Source: Catajapyx aquilonaris
Lineage: Eukaryota
NCBI GenBank assembly: GCA_000934665.2
Contig: JYFJ02000128.1
Location: 1-64,000, forward strand
Direction: 5' to 3'
DNA: 64,000 nucleotides
Below the pieces are notes generated by a model. That model saw only the letters and a list, made by a program, of their open reading frames with translations. It made no database searches and was not told where the DNA came from. Positions 57,401 to 64,000 of the stretch are shown here, piece by piece (position 1 is the stretch's first letter; the number at the start of each line of letters is the position of its first letter). Position numbers and translations under genes: made by a program.

Positions 57401-59575
57401 ATAGAAACCAACAAAACACCAAAAAAATTTAGTGTTACCAGCATCTGGTTTGTCCACCCTGCTGGGAGGACATGTAGAATTGCTTTGCTATTCAAGAACC
57501 CATGAAACTTGACCGTGACGCACCTGGTCTGTACAATGAGCTCGCGTCATGTCCCTTTTTCCGCACGATATGTAGCGATGATACAAGCCGCTTACGTAAT
57601 TCACAGACCCCGCACATTCCTGCTCGTTATTCACAGGCATGTGCTCTTAACCTTTGTGCAATGAGGAAAAGGTGGTGGGTCGTTGTACCAGGTATGATCT
57701 CATTTCTGGTATCGGGGCTTGGCATCATCATCATCATCCCACGGGGGACACACCTAAATGTTGGGGTCCAATCGCCAGCAAATAATATGCAGATTGCAGT
57801 CAACAAAAGCGTTACGATTAATTCAGGATTGCTAATATTGGAACATGGTTTGTAATATGTTGCGTCACGGGGTAGATCGGCTGGTGACAGTCCTATTGAG
57901 GACTGTTTCAATATTGGCATATGCCTTAGCAAAAATTCCTGTCGTTCGTTGTTTTCAGATGCTATCCCCGATTGTTTTCGGAAATAGATCAATTATTCAT
58001 GGAATCGTTGGGAAAGTGCTTGTTATTCTGATGGCAGTGTCCACGAAACGTTTTGCATGAAAAATTATTCAAAACTATATCAGCCACAAGCCATAGATAA
58101 TATTGAACATCACGGTGTCCTGTCAGGGCCTTGATTACAGGTAAAATTGAGGGAGAACAATGTTTTAAAAGCAGATCCGTAGGTGAAGTTAATATGAGGT
58201 ACTGGAGCAAACACTACACAACCTTTCCCCCAGCTAATCTTATGAATTGTGGAAATGGACCGCGAATCTCCCCGCTATAGCGAAAAAATACTGTTGGTGA
58301 TGCAAACATCCCACTCTCACGGTGAGAGATGGCTAGTGATTCTCTTGCAAGTGCACATCGGCATGCAGAGTAATTATTGGAATGGTGGCGAGCACTCCTG
58401 ACCACCCGAAAAACCGCCTCCCGAGTCCGAAACCCCATGTCGCCAATGTTGTCCAGTATTGCCCTGCACTCCCAATTCGTCAACGTGACATGTTGGCCCA
58501 GCCTCATGCACTAGCAATTTTCCACCCATTAGCTGTTCTTGATCGTAAAGTAAATCCAAAAGTACAAAGAGTTGGCATGACCTGACATTTCGTACCTACA
58601 TGCCGATGACACATTCTTTCCAAAGGCGACCACTGTCATATTACACACTGTGTATATGCATATAAGCTGCCGGTATATTTAAAATTCGGGATTAAACATC
58701 ACTGCCGGACTAATTGGAAATGTGCAACTATGATTAGTTACATGGAAACCACGGGGGATATTTATGGAGTGGCATGGTTTGTTCCAAATCTTCTCTCCAT
58801 AGATGCCTACCGGTATAAAATTTATGAAGGCAACATGAGCGGTTTTACGTTGTCAGCCTGAAATATACTGTAAGGTCTTAACATCACGTGATTAATGGAA
58901 AGCCAAAATGAAGACCGACTCTGTGAAAATCGGGGGAAATGGAGGGTCCTTATTGCGGTAGCAGCGAGCTGTAGCCATAACACCGATAAGAGAAACAAGG
59001 TCAGCACAAACATTCGCATTTCTCACACCATTTACTGAATACAGGCCGACTCCAAAATGTGCTAGACCCAGCCAAGTGTAAAAACGAGGCATTTACCCGC
59101 ATTCAATATATCCACAAATTGATCTAGTCATCCCCTTTAGGTTTCGAGGTAATTAACTTAGCCTCTGCCTGTAGTAAGCAACATCCTAATTACCTAATAT
59201 TTCCTGCCCGGAACATCCGAGTTGCTTGAAATCGCGATTTGTACTAACATGCGAATCTCCCAAGATCATTAATTGCCCACCCGGAATGTCGCCTCCGCAC
59301 AAGTTGAACCTAGCTTCTGATTGATTACATGACCGTACCTCAGAATCATTCCCACAGTTCTCAAAACTTCCCGAGAACTTTCGGTTAACCGGCAGTGCAC
59401 GTCTTCCATTCCCCGCAATTCGAAGGATTCGCTTCAATAAGCCAGAAATCAATGAGCACTCCAACACGGACACCTCTCAATCTCCTGGTCCCTTACCTTG
59501 ACCTGTCACAACTCGAGAGCCGGTTCCAATCAGGCAAACCAATCCTAAGGTCCACAACCCCCACCGGAGCTCCAT
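6390..59575 (-). CDS. trol: Perlecan (basement membrane heparan sulfate proteoglycan core protein), 63-exon model, about 4267 aa with all cassettes and the distal terminal exon
   Basis: Domain order signal peptide - LDLa x26 - Ig - LDLa x3 - Ig - (laminin IV + LE) x3 - Ig x about 12 - LG-EGF2-LG-EGF2-LG is diagnostic of perlecan (HSPG2/trol/unc-52). Every junction traced by hand is GT-AG with matching phase, and summed exon length is 12804 nt (multiple of 3). The 5' signal exon link and the choice of last exon are inferred. Confidence 0.95.
6902..6907 (-). terminator. Candidate proximal polyadenylation signal of perlecan
   Basis: AATAAA on the minus strand between the proximal last-exon stop (7252) and the distal exon acceptor (6489). 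Confidence 0.45.
7252..7594 (-). CDS. Candidate proximal alternative last exon of perlecan: Ser/Thr/Pro/Arg-rich stalk plus hydrophobic C-terminal segment
   Basis: Branch-point-like CTAAC and CTCAG acceptor (AG at 7596-7595), across a 101-nt intron from the phase-2 donor after 7696. Open in the matching frame to the stop at 7252 (..[50 protein letters not shown]). AATAAA on the minus strand at 6902-6907. Confidence 0.65.
7696..10504 (-). CDS. trol: Perlecan last Ig and domain V (LG1-EGF-EGF-LG2-EGF-EGF-LG3)
   Basis: Exons 9400-10504, 8603-9309, 8325-8525, 7956-8168, 7696-7843. Laminin-G motifs [30 protein letters not shown] and EGF motifs C.NGG.C..Y.C.CP.GFSG..C. Confidence 0.96.
11182..18570 (-). 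CDS. trol: Perlecan domain IV: tandem Ig domains
   Basis: Exons 18259-18570, 17711-17844, 16863-17043, 16520-16801, 15799-16362, 15319-15733, 14776-15218, 13549-13809, 12129-12395, 11902-11982 (non-Ig cassette), 11488-11659, 11182-11279. Repeated C...G.P.P...W and D.G.Y.C.A motifs. Confidence 0.95.
11902..11982 (-). CDS. 81-nt symmetric cassette exon encoding a basic/acidic linker with furin-type sites
   Basis: TTCTTAG acceptor and G|GTTGGT donor, phase 1-1, open frame [27 protein letters not shown]. Confidence 0.6.
17247..17372. mobile_element. 126-bp MITE-like foldback element (PIF/Harbinger-like) in a perlecan intron
   Basis: About 55-bp imperfect inverted arms starting GGGCTGGTTTCACCGAGCTCGGT and ending ACCGAGCTCGGTGAAACCGGCCC, flanked by a 3-bp direct repeat TTG (17244-17246 and 17373-17375). 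Confidence 0.7.
19892..25067 (-). CDS. trol: Perlecan domain III: three laminin IV (B) domains with laminin-EGF modules
   Basis: Exons 24771-25067, 23778-23983, 23573-23720, 23157-23305, 22951-23087, 22595-22665, 22298-22438, 21888-22169, 21290-21810, 20645-21209, 20292-20555, 19892-20057. Motifs [10 protein letters not shown] / [10 protein letters not shown] / [16 protein letters not shown] and VE.C.CP.GY.G.SCE. Confidence 0.95.
25288..27328 (-). CDS. trol: Perlecan Ig - 3x LDLa - Ig segment
   Basis: Exons 27278-27328 ([16 protein letters not shown]), 26732-26959 ([16 protein letters not shown]), LDLa exons 26413-26550, 26205-26333 and 25929-26045, and 25288-25694 ([27 protein letters not shown], then the start of an LE module). 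Confidence 0.95.
27834..47841 (-). CDS. trol: Perlecan domain II: array of 26 exons, each encoding one LDL-receptor class A module
   Basis: Exons: 47725-47841, 40990-41106, 40541-40651, 39791-39901, 38722-38838, 37489-37599, 36566-36688, 35904-36017, 34684-34797, 33910-34026, 33154-33267, 32793-32912, 32375-32482, 32124-32240, 31728-31835, 31535-31651, 31340-31456, 30716-30832, 30537-30653, 30059-30166, 29700-29828, 28915-29025, 28627-28764, 28294-28401, 28079-28198, 27834-27956. Each has 6 Cys with the C..F.C..G.CI....CD...DC.DGSDE..C pattern, is 108-138 nt and is phase 1-1. Confidence 0.95.
49317..49364. repeat. Perfect 23-bp inverted repeat with a 2-nt spacer
   Basis: GAACAATCAGAGTCTCATAATAA-TT-TTATTATGAGACTCTGATTGTTC. 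Confidence 0.85.
59497..59575 (-). CDS. trol: Putative first coding exon of perlecan encoding a signal peptide
   Basis: ATG at 59575 gives [26 protein letters not shown] (basic n-region, hydrophobic core, V-T-G|Q cleavage motif), then a strong phase-1 donor CAAG|GTAAGG that matches the phase-1 acceptor of the LDLa exon at 47841. Not in the supplied ORF track. Confidence 0.75.
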
Positions 59576-59673
59576 CTCCTACAACACTTGTGGATTCTCC
59601 CACACACTGACCACACACAAATCACCAAATCACCAACATTCCCAGTTTGAATTAACCGCGCGTTTTCAAACCA

Positions 59674-59785
59674 CCAATCGGATTGTTGACCGTTACAACT
59701 CCTAGCCAATCACCGGCTTGACCGTTACACTCCCAGCCAATCAGATGCTTGACCGTTATTTTCACTCCCCCGACGGACCGGAAGT
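59674..59785. promoter_or_regulatory. Three-unit 31-32 bp repeat of CCAAT plus TTGACCGTTA, followed by an ETS-like site, upstream of the perlecan ATG
   Basis: CCAAT at 59674, 59706 and 59737; TTGACCGTTA at 59686, 59718 and 59749; CCGGAAGT at 59778. Confidence 0.5.
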
Positions 59786-62700
59786 GTGGTCCTTCTGGTG
59801 CTTCCTGTCCGATGGTCCGTCGGGTACTAACTTGGTCTGACTCCTCTCGCGCTCTGGACCCCGTGAGTCTGCACACTAGAAGGTTGGGGGTGGGTGTGAG
59901 AGCAAACTAGGAGGGGCGGGAGGGGAAACCGGGGAGGAGGCAGGGGATGGAGGGTGGGTTTTGAAGGAGCCACGCATGGTCGCTGCATCCAAGTTACTTA
60001 CGGTTTTCTCTTCGTGGGCAGACACACGATTGCACTGTTTGTCACACTGTTTTCCAAACCCTTTCAGGCAGCATGTCTCGTTTCAGCAAAATCCGATCCC
60101 TGCAAACCCCGTTGTTCGGGAGGACACGTCTAGCAAATGACTTCCTAATCCAGTTACGGATGGGAACAAAATTACTAGAGGGTTCATGTTTTCCAGTGGG
60201 GCGAAGTGAGCAGAATCTATTGAATCATATTCTGCTGGGGAAGGACTTATTTTTTTTTTAAAAAAAGTCAGTAATTGGATGATTGCAAGAAACAGAGTCG
60301 GAAATGATTTTCCAGCAATGGGAGCGTCAATGGCGGGTTATGTGGGGGTGAACTCATTTTGCAACAATATACTGCAGCCTGCTAAATTAAATCCCCGGTT
60401 TTCTGCCTGTCTGGGTAATTTAATTTCGGAGTTGGCTTTATACAATGTTTGCCACATTTAATTTTAATAAAAGTAACAAGTCATCCATATGCGCTATATA
60501 TATCCTTCGAAAAATATTTCGGCCTGGACCTATACAACCATCACTTTAACAATAAAAAAGTCAAAAAACTTTCAACAATTCACCAGTGCAGTTATAATAG
60601 TGGGTGTTTCAAACTGCATCTGAACTGGGTTCACTGAATTCAAACTCGGCCAATTTTGCCGATCGGAAGCGTTAAAATAATAATATTAAATGATGGACCA
60701 CACTAGAGTGAATGTTGCGAAATTAACGTATTGCCTGTCACATGCACGACATAAAATGTATGCATTTTAACTTTTTCGCGTGGGCTCTACATGCAGTGTA
60801 ACAAGGGCAATCCAATTAACAAAGTAATGGCCGCCTAAGACCCAATCATGACAGTAACAGCTGTCCAAAATATTTGCGCTTCATTTAGTAAAATCTCATG
60901 TAGATCTAGTCTCGAATATCATAGATATTCACTTAAATATTCTGCCCATTTGTCATTTTTTTGCCATTGTTATTTTTCCAGTGCTTTTTGATCCACGCGC
61001 ACAAAAGCTCTGTTAATCGAATTCCCTTGGCCTTGTCCCGTGGAACACCGTGTTGAACCTCATACAGCAAATACCAGAATGCACACCTCACCATACCAAA
61101 GGCATAAAAAAAACCACACCGAATGAATTCATAATGTCCAAATGTAAAAAAATTACATCATCCATTTCGAATGCAGTTTCGCATGACCACCCAATTGATA
61201 CACGCACAGAAAAAAGAAAAAAAAAACATTGCGCCACAACAAGCAGGCGTGTCTCATTACCACATAACATGACGAATACGTATTTATAGGTTCTGGCCCA
61301 CGGTTTTCAGACCATCACATAACTCAAAGCGTTCGTCAGACGCCTGGTATACAGTCTGATGCCATATTACATTATTGTGCAGACCACCCCCTTCCAATTT
61401 CTACTCTTGCTCATTTTTTTTGTGTGCTTCAAACCCGGCTCTTTACAGTCTGGAGTGGCTCGTGTGACGTAACAAACACTCCTCCCTTCAGGCCGAAAAC
61501 GGTATAGAGAATCCGGGTATCCTCCTAGGCTACATCGAAATGCCATCATGGGAAGTTTCTCAGTGGAGAGCCATTAACTTGTGGGCTGCTCCAGCAGGTT
61601 CATTTAAGTCAGGCCAGTTAGGATTACTCTGCAAGCTCGTTTTCACCTACGGGTTTAAGTATCAGTGCGCCTCATTATGGAGTACCCACTCCACAGCTAT
61701 AATACGATCAGTGTTCTTGATACCAACCTAAGCGGATGAAACTATCCGGGCAGTAATTGGCGGCCGAAATGAAACATCACAATCGTCGAGTGATATTTTA
61801 AAATTGCCCCTTTTATTGTCAGTGTTCTACGTGCTAATGGAAATCCTTCCCGCTGCGCAGTGATTAGCTGTCCAAACTGATAGCTCATTACATGCAGATG
61901 AAAATCATGATTGATATCCACCCGCAGAATTTCATGCCCGATCCCCAACTTTTATTCCACTTCGCCATGTTACGCAATCAGTTTTTTTTCCCGCCCTGCT
62001 GGATTTAGATAGTGTCGCCCACCATGCGATATTGCATCTCTCCTAGTGTACAAATCCAGACATATTGAAATACAACCCTATCCTGTTATGATTTCCTTCT
62101 TCCGGAAGCCTGATCTCTGTAACGGGGATTCCCCGCCAGCTAAAAGTCGACCTTATCAGCAGTTATTCGTCAACCTTAAATGATAACGCTGCCAGTTCGG
62201 CCTTGCGAACGTCGTACATTAGCTTCTCTCACCTCATAATTCATCCGGCATCCCGAGCGTCTGACGTAGACTCTAATGACGACGCCCCCTTCCCCCCCTC
62301 TTACACCCACATTCAACCCCCTCCTTGGAAGAAGACGCTCCTCGTCTTATATGCAAAAATTCGAAACCTCGATTGTGGAGGCAGTGCTGACCCCATTCTA
62401 AGGCTTACTGTCTTCACAAACATCCTTTAGGAGCTCTCGGATGAAAGCTTGCAAGCTTAGGGATCATTTTCGACAGCCATAATTAGACCTTTTCAGTCAA
62501 GTCATCGCCAGAACGATTGCACGCTCGACAGATCTAATTTATCTGACGTCCAGGGCCTCCTAATTTGTACCCGGTGTCACGGAAATTTGGATTCGGATCA
62601 CCAAATTGGCAACGCCGCTCCTATCCTGTCCAATCGCTGGCCTTTTTATCAAACGACGGCCGCTACTGATTGGTTGCGAAGGGCGAAGACGCGCTGCAGC

Positions 62701-64000
62701 GTTTGCAAGTAGTTTTATTTGTCATTTTAATGACTCCCGTCGCTTTACGACCACCGTATTTTTGATCGTTACGAGTACTTGGTTCTGCCAAAAATAGATG
62801 TTACATACTGCACGGCAATAAACCACACATATTGCCCTCAAAACTCGATACGCGCGTTATTACATACATTTGCGCAGAAATTGCTGTATTTTGGTGACGC
62901 TATTTATTTATTTTATTTATTTTATTGGATACCTGGTGGGACAATATTTGTTACTGTTCATGCGCGAAATTGTGTAATAGTAGGCACACTTGCCAAATTT
63001 GCAGACAGAATATTTACACACAGAACATCGCAATTTACGAATGGTCCACGAGCCAGCCAGAAATCCTTAAAAAAAACTCGTGTTTGCCTCCCCAGAACAA
63101 AGAAACCTTCACGGATGGTTTATTTCCTCTTAACATTCGTTGCTTATCATCGCTCCGGACAAGAATGAGGCTATTTTTCCTACGAGAGGAGCCATCAACC
63201 GGAGCTAAATGCCCTTCAAATTGCTACTCCAGGTTATTGCTGCCTGTGGAGCTTTAACGGCGCCACCAGCATCGATTTGGCACACCTGCAGCAAATTTAA
63301 TGGAGGGAACGAAATAAATCCCCGCACACTTAATCACTACCTCGCAGCAATCCGGGAAAATCTGAGAGGACTCATCAAAATAGCAAAAAACGAGAAAAAA
63401 TTCTGCAGGAAGATTTAGGTTCTGCAAATGGATTGAAAATTTGCTTTACCCTGGTCCCCAAAACCGCATTTTTGCAGCCGGTGCTCCAATATTGGCAAGT
63501 GCTAACCTACTGTGCATCTTCCCTTCTTTATGACTCAATAAAATACCCATTAACACAGAGTATTTAAATGTTATATATTCACCTCGTGTAGGGAGATAAG
63601 GAAAGTCTGAGTGCGATCGGTGGTAACGACCTTACGCCTTTTTCTGAGGTTGAATTTACATAAGGCATAATCCCACAGGAGGAGTCACACAACTTTTAAA
63701 CTAGAAAAGAAGGTGACCTCACACGGATTTGGCTTTATGCAAAAACAGAATCCACCGAAAAATTATTAACCTGCCTGTTGTCCCCCAGAGTTACAGTGCT
63801 ACGTGTGTGGACATGACTAAACAAACGGAATGAGGAACAGCAGGATGAAGAATGAACATGTACCATGTCGTTCTGGAGTGAAGAAATCCCCAGGCACATT
63901 GTTCTGTACGCCCACAACAGTTACACACAAAAAAGTAAACTGACGAGTTGGATCCTGGTGAAAAATTTAGTTAGAATAATTCATGGCCGCGAATAAGCAT

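Overview
Eukaryotic (arthropod-like) intron-rich DNA. About 53 kb is one minus-strand perlecan gene (trol/HSPG2/unc-52 family). I traced it by hand as 63 phase-consistent GT-AG exons (about 4267 aa): a signal-peptide exon at 59497-59575, 26 single-module LDLa exons, Ig, 3 LDLa, Ig, three laminin-IV/LE units, about 12 Ig domains and the LG/EGF domain V. The most unusual features are in its isoform architecture. There are three frame-compatible C-termini: an immediate stop, an acidic tail, and a Ser/Thr/Pro stalk with a hydrophobic GPI-like end, i.e. a candidate membrane-tethered perlecan. There is also a furin-site cassette exon, a stop-containing exon before domain V, a freely skippable and partly duplicated LDLa exon array, and no domain I after the signal exon. 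The left end holds an intact 10-exon type-B carboxylesterase (+) and, divergent from it, an SSNA1/DIP13-like coiled-coil gene (-) with a 1-nt frameshift and a perfect RFX X-box. All exon calls and homologies come from manual reading, with no database search or transcript data.
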